Positions 29,658 through 38,831 of a DNA stretch of 64,000 nucleotides are shown in pieces. Both the position numbers and the translations under genes were made by a program. The stretch's first letter is position 1; every line of letters begins with the position of its first letter. A model generated the notes under the pieces. That model was not told the origin of the DNA. It was given only the letters and a program-made list of their open reading frames with translations, and made no database searches. The DNA is from a virus (lineage: Duplodnaviria; Caudoviricetes). The stretch spans positions 64,001 to 128,000 of IMG/VR virus record IMGVR_UViG_3300014208_000002. One strand, 5' to 3'.

Positions 29658-30404
29658 TTATATCGAAATTATCAAATAATTGGGTTTCTCATAATCACTA
29701 CCAGAGTTGTAGCAAATCGTTCCACTACCGAGAATTTCTCCATTTATAAGATGATGAGTATGCCCAAAAAAGAGGTAGTCTACCCCTGTCATTCCCCGTG
29801 CCATTGCAGGATCACCACCATAATATTCTAAACTATTATCCTGACCAGACAGAGAAGGTACTATGCCAAAATGAGTCATATATATTATTTTCTTTCTACC
29901 AAGATAATTTTGTTTCAACCGCATAGCAAGGTCAAAAGATTCTCTTGCCCTCTTATTTAAATAATCAAAACCTTCATCAGGAATATTATATAAAGGAATA
30001 AAGTTCCGATCATTTGAGCTTTGATTATCATACATGTACCAACCATCTGCCCCTAATATGACAATTTCCTCATTTTCGTAAATCTGGGAACCAGCATGAA
30101 CTATGCCAAATTGCTGAAAAATATCAGTGTTAATCTGTAGTTTGTCTCGTATAGGCTTTTTATTTTTATTAGACTGCCAAAGACAGTGATTACCCCAGTT
30201 AGCAACAATAGGAGTTTTAGGAAAAAGACTACGAATAAGAATCAAATATTCTTTTAATTGAGAAGTACACTCCGAAGCTATATCTCCTGTATGACAGATA
30301 ATATCTGGATTTTCTGTCAATAGTTTCTTGAGTAAGTCTTTATTTTTTAAATCTCCACGGGAAGAATATCCCCAATGGGTATCTGTCAATAATGCAATCT
30401 TCAT
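29658..30404 (-). CDS. calcineurin-like metallophosphoesterase
   Basis: TDTHW, TGD, GNH, THF, FGHTH. Confidence 0.88.
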   Translation of the reverse strand: MKIALLTDTHWGYSSRGDLKNKDLLKKLLTENPDIICHTGDIASECTSQLKEYLILIRSLFPKTPIVANWGNHCLWQSNKNKKPIRDKLQINTDIFQQFGIVHAGSQIYENEEIVILGADGWYMYDNQSSNDRNFIPLYNIPDEGFDYLNKRARESFDLAMRLKQNYLGRKKIIYMTHFGIVPSLSGQDNSLEYYGGDPAMARGMTGVDYLFFGHTHHLINGEILGSGTICYNSGSDYEKPNYLIISI

Positions 30405-30440
30405 AAGAATAAACCCTCAAAGTATTAGTAGAGAGTAAAT

Positions 30441-30477
30441 AGAAAAGGGGCCATAGAGCTAACCTTTCTATGACCCC
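30441..30477 (-). terminator. intrinsic terminator
   Basis: GGGGTCATAGA...TCTATGGCCCC followed by TTTT on minus strand. Confidence 0.75.
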
Positions 30478-30542
30478 AAAATAACATCATTATGTTACGG
30501 ATTTCAATTCCGCATTTAATTGATTCAGCTTCCAACTTGTCC

Positions 30543-30681
30543 GAGTCACTAGACCGTTTATGCTAAAAGCGCCGCTCTTCCATCTGAGCTACCCTCCCAC
30601 AAAAAATTCTTATTAAAAAAATTCTTTGTGGGCGGGATTGGGGTCGAACCAATGCACACGCTGATTTTACGATCTAAACCC
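30543..30681 (-). ncRNA. circularly permuted tRNA-like RNA (Y RNA/YrlA-like topology)
   Basis: Order on minus strand: T-arm (ATTGG-TTCGACC-CCAAT), 3' acceptor strand CCCGCCC, A/U hairpin spacer, 5' acceptor strand GGGAGGG, D-arm (GCTC-AGATGGAA-GAGC); the 5' and 3' flanks pair into an extended anticodon-position helix. Confidence 0.65.
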
Positions 30682-30707
30682 ATTCTTCTACTTGGAAGAC
30701 TAACTAC

Positions 30708-30788
30708 TATGGTGCAAGAATCTGAATCTGACCCCTCTCCCAAGTGGAGGGTATTCATACTACTGCTTATGCTGATACTAGCACCATA
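30708..30788 (-). ncRNA. degenerate tRNA-like element
   Basis: TATGGTGC/GCACCATA terminal stem, D-like CATA/TATG arm, CCCTC-rich arm, T-loop-like TTCAGAT. Confidence 0.4.
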
Positions 30789-30835
30789 TAATATAAGTAG
30801 AGAAGAGTAATAAACCCCCCTCTACCTTTATTTAT

Positions 30836-31585
30836 CTAACTGTGAATGAAACTGAAAATAGCCTCCCCAAGCTTAATCTGCTTTGCCTCTGCCTGATTTG
30901 CCATTTCCTTTGCTTGCTTGACAGCAAGGATAAGCTCATCAATGTTAGAAAGGAGTGTAAACTTCTCACCAGGGGACAGGCGACCGGAAGTATAGGTAGT
31001 ATCATACTTTCCTACCTGGACTTCATCCTGAACAAGCTGAGTCTGTGCGGGATGCTTGTCGGTCGGAGGAGCGAGAGTGATTACCTTCGTCTTCTTCACC
31101 GTGCGATACTTGACCTCGGGAGAAGCCTGATAGAGATTTCGTCCACTCTGCTTTTCGGTTTCCCAAGCCCTTGCAGGATCAAGAGTAGGAATAGCCTTAT
31201 ACTGCTCACGAATGCGAGTAAGGAACCGCTCCAGAGCAATATAAGTAGTTGCCGCAAAGGTGCCGAAAGACACCCCCTTGACAACAAGTTCCGCCTTTGC
31301 TTCGCCAGAAGCATTTGTCTCTTCCTTGGAAATCGTGGCATCAAGGGAACGAATGACGGACTCCTTTACATAGTCCAGCTTTTCCTTGACTGTCGTTACC
31401 ACTTCCTTCGTCTCGGGAGGAATAAGTTCTTCTCCCTCATTGAAAGAGGAGTAGAGCTTCGTGATTCCATCGAAGTGTTCCTGCTTCTTGGTAAAAGTGT
31501 TGACACACTCATCCATGATGTTTTTGGCTTGCTGATCCAAACTCGGCTCTACTGCGAGAAGGGCGTGAAGTGCATTCTTTCCCAT
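30836..31585 (-). CDS. conserved phage hypothetical protein
   Basis: 249 aa, GGAG SD, downstream of promoter 31620-31648; LHALLAVE start typical of a widespread phage family (recalled). Confidence 0.75.
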   Translation of the reverse strand: MGKNALHALLAVEPSLDQQAKNIMDECVNTFTKKQEHFDGITKLYSSFNEGEELIPPETKEVVTTVKEKLDYVKESVIRSLDATISKEETNASGEAKAELVVKGVSFGTFAATTYIALERFLTRIREQYKAIPTLDPARAWETEKQSGRNLYQASPEVKYRTVKKTKVITLAPPTDKHPAQTQLVQDEVQVGKYDTTYTSGRLSPGEKFTLLSNIDELILAVKQAKEMANQAEAKQIKLGEAIFSFIHS

Positions 31586-31619
31586 GTTTCGTCTCCTTTA
31601 GTTTACTGTTGCTATGAAT

Positions 31620-31648
31620 ATTATAACCAAGATACTAAAGACTATCAA
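31620..31648 (-). promoter_or_regulatory. sigma70-type promoter
   Basis: TTGATA-N17-TATAAT. Confidence 0.65.
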
Positions 31649-31667
31649 ATTAAATTTTCTTTTTTTC

Positions 31668-32612
31668 CTACTTGTAGAAAGGATACCAAGTATAGGAAAG
31701 ACTCTTTATCTCCCCATCCCCAATAACTAAATCCGCAATAGAAAATCCTACATGGGCGGCAAGTTTCTTCCCTCGCATCCAAGAAGACTGATACTGCAAA
31801 GTTCCTGCTTCAATATAATGAACATTGCGATTGAACATATAAATTTGCTTGTGTGTATGCCCTGTTATGGCGAGCGCAGGTTTTTCACCACCGGAAAATG
31901 ATTCAATAAGCTTTTGACCACGATAGCTGGTAGCATATGAACTTCCATCGCCTCCATGAAATAAACGAATAACAATATTCTTTATATGAATATCACCTTC
32001 ATCATATCCAAGATAATGTGCATTAGGAATAGCAGAACAAATATCTTCTACAATATTTGCACCTACTCCGTGTTTTGAATTAAAGCTTACATCGTGATTT
32101 CCCGAGATAGTGTAAAAAGGAATTGACTCTTTCTTCTTGCCTAATACACGAATAGCTTCATCTCTTTGTGCTTTGTATCCAATATGGGATAGTTCATATA
32201 CATCACCGGGTCGCCCCATCATACCTTCTACAAGGTCACCAGGAGAAACTATCATATCTACTTTTTGTTTATGAAATTCTTCAATAGCTTGTTCAGTTAA
32301 AGAAGAATCAGTATAGATTGATCCAAAATGAGGATCAGAAATAATACCAAGCTTTAATCGTTCTCCCTCAAAACTATGTTTGACTGAATTGTGAAGTGGC
32401 GGACGCTCTCCCTTTGCGATATGAGAAAGTTCTTCCTCGCTAAATCGTGCCTTTAGCGCAAGAATATCATCAATCGCCCCGTACTGTTTCTTGTACTCTC
32501 TCTTATAACGATTCCATGTTTCATCAGTTAGTCCAAACTTTTCTTTTGTTTCTTTTTCCCCATTTGCTAAACAAAAAAGCATAATTTCTGCTACTTTAGT
32601 TTTACTTACCAT
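31668..32612 (-). CDS. metallophosphoesterase with N-terminal helical/HTH-like extension
   Basis: SDPHFGS, PGDLVEG, SGNHD, FHGGDG, TGHTH. Confidence 0.85.
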   Translation of the reverse strand: MVSKTKVAEIMLFCLANGEKETKEKFGLTDETWNRYKREYKKQYGAIDDILALKARFSEEELSHIAKGERPPLHNSVKHSFEGERLKLGIISDPHFGSIYTDSSLTEQAIEEFHKQKVDMIVSPGDLVEGMMGRPGDVYELSHIGYKAQRDEAIRVLGKKKESIPFYTISGNHDVSFNSKHGVGANIVEDICSAIPNAHYLGYDEGDIHIKNIVIRLFHGGDGSSYATSYRGQKLIESFSGGEKPALAITGHTHKQIYMFNRNVHYIEAGTLQYQSSWMRGKKLAAHVGFSIADLVIGDGEIKSLSYTWYPFYK

Positions 32613-32653
32613 TTGATTCTCCTATAGCTTTCTTAATCCTTTTAGTAAGAAAT

Positions 32654-33340
32654 TTAATGTCGTAATTTTAACTCATGAGTTTCATCTCTACCGTATATTA
32701 TGTAGCCTTCCTGACACTTTGGACAATTAAAAAATATAGCATCCATTACTATCGCAGGAGAACGCTCTACAATAATTTTACATTTTGGACAGCGCATAGA
32801 ATCAATATAGATTTTCATTTTTTGTATAAAGTCTTTAATTCCTTCCAATCTTCTCCCTACAATATAAGTAGTTCCTAAAAAAGCTTTTGAATGAATAAAG
32901 TCAATATCTACTGTTCCAAAATGAGATTCATAATAATCAAAGAAAAAATAATTATCAGAGTCTTCTATTTTCCATAAAAATCTATTATGCTTTTCATCAT
33001 CTGATAAATCTGCTTTTGAAAAAGAGGATTTAAGAAACTCATCTATTTTATAAATAAGTTCATGACTCTCTTTTTTTCGTTTTGCTATTTTTTCTTCTAC
33101 TTCTTTTTTATACCTCTTAACTATAATTTCCAATTTTTCTAAATCTACATTTCCTCGTTCAGTAATATAAGTATAGCTAACAAACTCACAGCATTCAACA
33201 AAACAATCAAAAAAACCGTGCTGATTTGGATCATGACATTGACACAGACAAACCTTCTCACGCTTCGTTAATTTACGATAATCATGGAGAACATTTTGAT
33301 AACGAATGCTTAAAGTAGACTCATCTTGTGTCGTAGTCAT
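32654..33340 (-). CDS. hypothetical protein
   Basis: ORF with Cys clusters. Confidence 0.55.
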   Translation of the reverse strand: MTTTQDESTLSIRYQNVLHDYRKLTKREKVCLCQCHDPNQHGFFDCFVECCEFVSYTYITERGNVDLEKLEIIVKRYKKEVEEKIAKRKKESHELIYKIDEFLKSSFSKADLSDDEKHNRFLWKIEDSDNYFFFDYYESHFGTVDIDFIHSKAFLGTTYIVGRRLEGIKDFIQKMKIYIDSMRCPKCKIIVERSPAIVMDAIFFNCPKCQEGYIIYGRDETHELKLRH

Positions 33341-33346
33341 AATAAA

Positions 33347-33820
33347 TTATTCCTTTAGAATTTCCTCTGCTCTATACAAAAGATCCTTTGTAAAACCCTC
33401 TTCTCCATCTGTCTTCAAAAAATTATCTTTTTGCCATAGAAGCATATCACTATCATCATCTAAAATAACATATTTATACTGGTCAGAAAATTGAGTATTT
33501 TCTCTAATCCAAAAATCAATTTCTACTCCTCTCGGGAGAGAATATGAGTTTTTTTCCGATAGCCGTAATTTAGGTGTAAAACCAATTATTTGTTTAGGAT
33601 ATTTAAATCCTCTCATCAAAAATATCAGCTTCATGCTTTCAACATTTTCACTAAATCGCCAAGAAGAGGAAATTATAATTTCTAAATCAGGAAATCTTTC
33701 ACAGAGAAGATTTAAATTATTAACAGGGATAGGATCAAATTCACAGTGCTTATCTGATAAAAACTGTCCAAAAGTTATAGCTATGACCCCATCAATGTCT
33801 AAAAATAAAAACCTTCTCAT
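33347..33820 (-). CDS. HAD-domain protein (Swiss Army Knife RNA-repair-associated type)
   Basis: FLDIDGV, IIISSSWR, YVILDDDSDM. Confidence 0.85.
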   Translation of the reverse strand: MRRFLFLDIDGVIAITFGQFLSDKHCEFDPIPVNNLNLLCERFPDLEIIISSSWRFSENVESMKLIFLMRGFKYPKQIIGFTPKLRLSEKNSYSLPRGVEIDFWIRENTQFSDQYKYVILDDDSDMLLWQKDNFLKTDGEEGFTKDLLYRAEEILKE

Positions 33821-33834
33821 ATTTATTCCTTTAT

Positions 33835-34047
33835 TTAAAATTGATCAGTCGCTACATTTCTTGCTCTTGCACAGTCTGATATACCTTGCTTTTCCTTCTT
33901 TATTTTCTCTTGGAGCTTTATAAGCTTTTGATATGCCTGACAAATTCTATGAGGACAATCTTTATCCCTACATGGACAAGCATCTTCCCAGTTTACAAGA
34001 TCAAGGCGAATAGCTTCAAGATATTTCTTCAGCTTCTTTATTTTCAT
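33835..34047 (-). CDS. hypothetical protein
   Basis: ORF. Confidence 0.45.
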   Translation of the reverse strand: MKIKKLKKYLEAIRLDLVNWEDACPCRDKDCPHRICQAYQKLIKLQEKIKKEKQGISDCARARNVATDQF

Positions 34048-34210
34048 GCTTCGTAAGTCTCCCCATCTTCGTAGGTAACAAAAAGAATAAGTCCAAGTTC
34101 CTGATCCATTATAGGAACTGCCGTAAAAATATTATTCTTTGGGTTAGTCCTTTGCCAACTCTCAAGTGCCTCTGATGAACCGAATGTAGTAAACTTTACA
34201 AGCTTCTTTG

Positions 34211-34546
34211 TCATTTCTTTTCTCCTTTATCTTTGTTTGTTTTCTCAAGACTAATTAGTAGTTCCCAAAAAGTATCAAATGAATCTATATTAAAATTATC
34301 TTCTCCAACTGAACATTGTAAAGATTTTTTTCCAAATCCTGTTTCATATACAAACCACTCTACCCAAGTTTGAATTTCAGGTATGTCAAATTTTGTCTGC
34401 AATAATTCAATAATAATTTCTACTTCATGTGTCGTAATAAGAAAAAGTTGATTTACAACCTTTTCATTTAGTAGGTCCCAAAGAGAGGATAAATAAGTTT
34501 CTTCTTTTTGAAGACGCTGAAAATGCTTTTCTATTATTTCTTTCAT
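34211..34546 (-). CDS. hypothetical protein
   Basis: ORF; WVEWFVYETGFG motif. Confidence 0.6.
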   Translation of the reverse strand: MKEIIEKHFQRLQKEETYLSSLWDLLNEKVVNQLFLITTHEVEIIIELLQTKFDIPEIQTWVEWFVYETGFGKKSLQCSVGEDNFNIDSFDTFWELLISLEKTNKDKGEKK

Positions 34547-35118
34547 TTTATGTTTTCCACTATTGACATAACAATAGGTTTAGTAGGAGTTTCGCTTATT
34601 GGGGTTTCCAATCCTATATTCTCCGCAAAATACGCATCACCTTGATTATAGAAAGAAGGTTTATCTGACAGAGTTTTTCGCCATGCTTGAATATCTTCAT
34701 CATACTCATGATTATTTGTAATATAACCATCAAGAAAATTAAGAAAATCTATATAGGTATTATATTCAATCCCTACCCAATCGCCCCTATCATTATATCC
34801 ATACGACCCAATGCCCGCCATCCAAATTCTATCATAAGTTTCTTTATCATGAGTCAATATGAAAACAAAAATTGAATTCTGAAATTCACTACGCTCTCCA
34901 AAAATTTCAAAATCAGAAATAGTTATTTCCCCAGATTGAATCTCAGCAATAATAGGCTCTACAAAATGACCATTTTCACTCCACATATTTTCATCAGAGA
35001 TATAAAGCCAATTTTTATAAAGCGAAACAGAAGATTTCTTATCAGATGAATAAAGTGTTCCATCAGGAATAAATCCATCTTTACCAATAGCGAGTGTTCC
35101 CCAATTTGAAAGTGCCAT
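34543..35118 (-). CDS. hypothetical protein
   Basis: ORF. Confidence 0.65.
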   Translation of the reverse strand: MALSNWGTLAIGKDGFIPDGTLYSSDKKSSVSLYKNWLYISDENMWSENGHFVEPIIAEIQSGEITISDFEIFGERSEFQNSIFVFILTHDKETYDRIWMAGIGSYGYNDRGDWVGIEYNTYIDFLNFLDGYITNNHEYDEDIQAWRKTLSDKPSFYNQGDAYFAENIGLETPISETPTKPIVMSIVENIK

Positions 35119-35513
35119 TTTAGCTCTCCTTATATTTCCAATACCAAATATTTTCTATACATTCTACTCCAATACAATTCTTCGGAGGTTTTATTCCCGG
35201 CCAATTTTTATCTTCATCTATATCAGGTTGTCTCCAGACATACTTTCCCCAACGATTTTTATAAGGAATTAAATCATTAAGAGTAAATCCTGAAGTTGGG
35301 CTTGTATAGAGTTGAATACGAATCTTTCGGTAACCCTTCATAATATTTTTCCTTGAGCTTCTTTTTCTCTATAGTATTTTAGAAGTACTTCTATAGGGTC
35401 TTTACTATTTAATGCTTCAACAATCTCCTCTTGAGAATAAGGAGATAAATCCCAACCAATTTTTAGTTCAAGTATTTCTCTTTCCTTCGTCATATTGTTG
35501 TCCTCTTAAATAT

Positions 35514-35542
35514 ATTATACCGGGAAATTTATAAATGTTCAA
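35514..35542 (-). promoter_or_regulatory. sigma70-type promoter
   Basis: TTGAAC-N17-TATAAT. Confidence 0.6.
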
Positions 35543-35544
35543 AT

Positions 35545-36666
35545 TTATTCTTGGGCCTTATAATTATATGTAGGTTTCATAGTTAAATCAATTGATAGTG
35601 TGTCAACGATATACTTCTTGATTTCATCTGGCTTTTTGTATGCCATGGGGCTTTCATCAATTGTATCAGCATTAACACAAGTAGAAAAAATGCCCTCCAT
35701 AGACTCCTTAAAATCTTCCATCTTTAGAGTTTCTTTAGCTACACGCCGACCCATGATTCGTCCAGCACCATGAGGAGCAGAGCAATTCCAATTATCATTA
35801 CCTTTACCTGTCCCGACGATAATGCCATCTCGCATATTCCAAGGAATAATAAGCCTGTCTCCCTTATATGCCGCTACAGCACCTTTGCGGATAATATTAT
35901 TCTTTACATCAACATAGTTATGAAGGGTTTCAATAGATTCAAGTTTATTATATTTTTCCTTAAAGAATTCTTCTACAACTGTCTTTAAGATAATCTTCCG
36001 AGAAAGACAAGCGAAGTCATACGCTACTTGAGAGGCGAAAATATAGTCTAGCATTGCCTGTCCAGTGATATATTCAAGTCCGTTCATTGAATCTTTAGAA
36101 TTTCCCATTTCCTTTTTAGCTATTCCCTGAAAGTAATTAGCTATCTTCAAACCGAAATTTCGTGAACCCGTATGAACGGTAAACCAATAATCTCCATTAT
36201 CATCAAGGTCAAGCTCCATGAAATGATTTCCGCCGCCGAGCGTTCCGACAGACTGGAGAACATAATCTATTTTTTGTTGGGTTTGATTTACAACTTTAGA
36301 AAGGGAGGATAGGTCTAACTCATCTACAAGCTTATGAGGAGCCTGTCTAATTGAGTGACCAGAGGGAATATTCTGACGAATGAACTTATCAAGATGTTCA
36401 AATTGAAGTCCTGGAGCCTTGCCAATCTTGACTGACGCTACGCCACAACAAATATCGACGCCCACCACATTCGGCACTATCTTGTCAGTAAATGTTGAAG
36501 TAAAACCAATAACTGATCCAGCCCCAGCATGAACATCACTCATGATACGAATCTTACTACCTTCAAAAGCCTTGCAATTTACGAAGGAGTAAATTTGAGA
36601 AATAGCGGTTTGTTCAACTTCATCATTGAAAACAATAGCCTCTGAATATTTTCCTTTTATTTCCAT
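35545..36666 (-). CDS. rtcB: RtcB family RNA ligase
   Basis: MSDVHAG, VGVDICCG, GTLGGGNHFME, VHTGSRNFG, HNY, SAPHGAGR, DESPMAYK. Confidence 0.93.
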   Translation of the reverse strand: MEIKGKYSEAIVFNDEVEQTAISQIYSFVNCKAFEGSKIRIMSDVHAGAGSVIGFTSTFTDKIVPNVVGVDICCGVASVKIGKAPGLQFEHLDKFIRQNIPSGHSIRQAPHKLVDELDLSSLSKVVNQTQQKIDYVLQSVGTLGGGNHFMELDLDDNGDYWFTVHTGSRNFGLKIANYFQGIAKKEMGNSKDSMNGLEYITGQAMLDYIFASQVAYDFACLSRKIILKTVVEEFFKEKYNKLESIETLHNYVDVKNNIIRKGAVAAYKGDRLIIPWNMRDGIIVGTGKGNDNWNCSAPHGAGRIMGRRVAKETLKMEDFKESMEGIFSTCVNADTIDESPMAYKKPDEIKKYIVDTLSIDLTMKPTYNYKAQE

Positions 36667-36690
36667 TTTAAGACTTCCTTTCATAAACTT

Positions 36691-36778
36691 CGGAGAGTGA
36701 AGGATTTGAACCTTCGGGAAGCTTTCGCCTCCTACGGTTTAGCAAACCGTTGTCATCGACCAACTCGACCAACTCTCC
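36691..36778 (-). tRNA. tRNA-Ser(GCT)
   Basis: GGAGAGT acceptor; ACGGT-TTGCTAA-ACCGT; long variable arm; TTCAAAT T-loop. Confidence 0.92.
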
Positions 36779-36786
36779 ATAGTAAA

Positions 36787-36815
36787 ATTATACAAATAAA
36801 AATCAATACTGTCAA
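36787..36815 (-). promoter_or_regulatory. sigma70 consensus promoter
   Basis: Perfect TTGACA-N17-TATAAT just upstream of tRNA-Ser and rtcB. Confidence 0.85.
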
Positions 36816-36826
36816 TTTTTATTTTA

Positions 36827-36902
36827 TGACCCTGGAGGGAATCGAACCCCCGACCTGAAAATTAGAAGTTTCCTGCTCTAAATCCAACTGAGCTACAGGG
36901 CC
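36827..36902 (-). tRNA. tRNA-Arg(TCT)
   Basis: GGCCCTG/CAGGGTC; GGAAA-CTTCTAA-TTTTC; GGTTCGATTCC. Confidence 0.92.
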
Positions 36903-37011
36903 GGATATTACAAATTAAACAAAATGACTTAAAGCATCCTCATCAATAAACCAACCAATACTATTTAATAATTCTGCATGATATTTAGTAATCCCCCTAT
37001 TTACTAACTTA

Positions 37012-37740
37012 TCAATGTCTACAGAATATTTCACCTTTAGTCGGAAGTAATTCATTTTTCAGTGAATCATTTCCCGTCAATTCCATAAAGCGAGGAAGAG
37101 ACTCACACCAATCACAGAATGCGCCCCAATCGCCTTTTAATTTGTGTTGCCGCCTCTGCTTAAAAATCGTCTTTAGTTGCAAATAATTTGTAGTTACTGT
37201 CATCCACTTTTCAAAGCCCATAGGGAGATTAGAAACACATTCCATGAAGGATTTATAAATTCTATCAGATTGTTCTTTTGGAGTAAACTTAGTGCGCTCC
37301 TCAGAGTAATAATTTCCATCGTCCTCTGGCTTCATAGAAATAAGCTGATTATACCAGTCTATTCTCGAACTAATAAATGAAATAATTGTTGGACTAACAT
37401 ATTCATTAAACATTTCTTTGAATGCTACTGGGTCTTTTCCCATAGAAGTAAGCTTGTGCATTTTCGACTGGGAGGAAACAATTTGAGCGAAGTGATATCG
37501 CTGAAATTCAGGCGACCAGTATTCAGGATATTTAATATCAAAAGTAACAAGAATCCCTGAAAGGAAATTATCATGCCCGGAGCCTTGCGGTGCTTTACCG
37601 AGTTTATACCCACGATCTAATTCTTTATCAGAGGCACGAGAATAGCCAAGAGTATTTATTACGCCCACTGTCATAGGGTTTCCACTCGCAATAATAGCCC
37701 GATCCAGACCAGACACTTCCCAGTTCTTTACTTCAAGCAT
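37012..37740 (-). CDS. ThyX-like (flavin-dependent thymidylate synthase fold) protein
   Basis: SGHDNFL, EFQRYHF..IVSSQS, LPMG, TTNYLQLKTIFKQRRQHKL..WGAFCDW: pattern of divergent phage ThyX-like family; canonical RHRxxSxxxxS motif altered. Confidence 0.55.
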   Translation of the reverse strand: MLEVKNWEVSGLDRAIIASGNPMTVGVINTLGYSRASDKELDRGYKLGKAPQGSGHDNFLSGILVTFDIKYPEYWSPEFQRYHFAQIVSSQSKMHKLTSMGKDPVAFKEMFNEYVSPTIISFISSRIDWYNQLISMKPEDDGNYYSEERTKFTPKEQSDRIYKSFMECVSNLPMGFEKWMTVTTNYLQLKTIFKQRRQHKLKGDWGAFCDWCESLPRFMELTGNDSLKNELLPTKGEIFCRH

Positions 37741-38053
37741 TTTCTTCCTCCCTATATTCTATATGCGGCCAATCTTTTTCATAAAGATTTAATTTCCATC
37801 CACAGCACGGACACTTAAAACTTTTTTGTGGAGGGTCAGTACAAAGAATAAGATTATCATTATTCTTTAAGGCATTTCCACAAAGAGTACAAGTAGGAAA
37901 TACTTTATAGGAATTTACTTTTACAGCCTTAATTGTAATTTTTTCCATTAAAAAATCTCCTTCATTAAAAATAATATTTACAGGTATACCCTTATAAACA
38001 CTAAAATCTTGAAAATAGGGGATTGTATTTCCTTCATGCGCTCGAAGCTTCAT
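37733..38053 (-). CDS. hypothetical Zn-ribbon protein
   Basis: CTLCG...CPCCG; true start may be internal (MEKIT). Confidence 0.5.
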   Translation of the reverse strand: MKLRAHEGNTIPYFQDFSVYKGIPVNIIFNEGDFLMEKITIKAVKVNSYKVFPTCTLCGNALKNNDNLILCTDPPQKSFKCPCCGWKLNLYEKDWPHIEYREEENA

Positions 38054-38082
38054 ATTTGTTTTCCTTTATAAGAATAAAGCTT

Positions 38083-38174
38083 CGGAAACAGAAGGATTTG
38101 AACCCTCGAATCGACTCTTCGCCGATTTCCATATTTCAAGTATGGCGCATTCAACCGGACTCTGCCATGTTTCC
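38083..38174 (-). tRNA. tRNA-Ser(TGA)
   Basis: GGAAACA acceptor; CCATA-CTTGAAA-TATGG; long variable arm. Confidence 0.92.
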
Positions 38175-38668
38175 TTGTTGTCTATGATAGTAATTTTTTC
38201 TATACTCCTTATCATATTTTCTTCCTTTACCCCTATTTTTACTTTTAAAAGTATCTTATTATAAACCCTATTTTTCAAATTTGCAAGTACAAATTTTCAT
38301 TTCATCCATTCCTGGGCCAATTAACATTCCACCCCATTTACTACAAAAATGCCAGTGATTTTTAATTTCCTCTTCAGAAAGCTTTATCCTACCAGTAGTT
38401 ATGTCATGATATCGTTCAACATCATCTAAAAGGCTATCCATTTAATTTGTCTCCTCTAAATCCTCATTATAAAATCTCAAAACAATCTTAGGTTTGGACA
38501 ATGCCACATGATAAATACGAGAATGATTAGGACTCGGCATTATTAAAACTATTCTCCCAACCCTATTATTATAAATACCCGAATTTTTTATTCTTACTTT
38601 ACTACCTATTTTTAATACTTGAGAAAGCATTGCCTCCATATATTTTCTCCTTAAAAATTTTTTACATT

Positions 38669-38742
38669 TGGTGATCGGTGGGATTTGAACCCACGACCAG
38701 AAGTTCCACAAACTTCCGCTCTACCAACTGAGCTACGACCAC
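38669..38742 (-). tRNA. tRNA-His(GTG)
   Basis: GAAGT-TTGTGGA-ACTTC; canonical D and T arms. Confidence 0.92.
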
Positions 38743-38744
38743 AA

Positions 38745-38826
38745 TGCAAGCGAGAGGACTCGAACCTCCACATCTTTCGATACGGCGGCCTAAACGCCGG
38801 GCGGCTCCCAATTACGCCACGCTTGC
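38745..38826 (-). tRNA. tRNA-Leu(TAG)
   Basis: GCAAGCG/CGCTTGC; CGGCG-TTTAGGC-CGCCG; variable arm. Confidence 0.9.
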
Positions 38827-38831
38827 AAATG

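Noticed and set aside
30543-30681. Two-piece (permuted) tmRNA interpretation
   Set aside because: The acceptor has G3-C70 rather than the G3:U70 alanine determinant, a full D-stem is present (tmRNA lacks it), and I found no convincing tag ORF before the terminator.
30842-31726. 294-aa plus-strand ORF
   Set aside because: Antisense shadow of the minus-strand gene 30836-31585, which has an SD site, a promoter and a protein-like composition.
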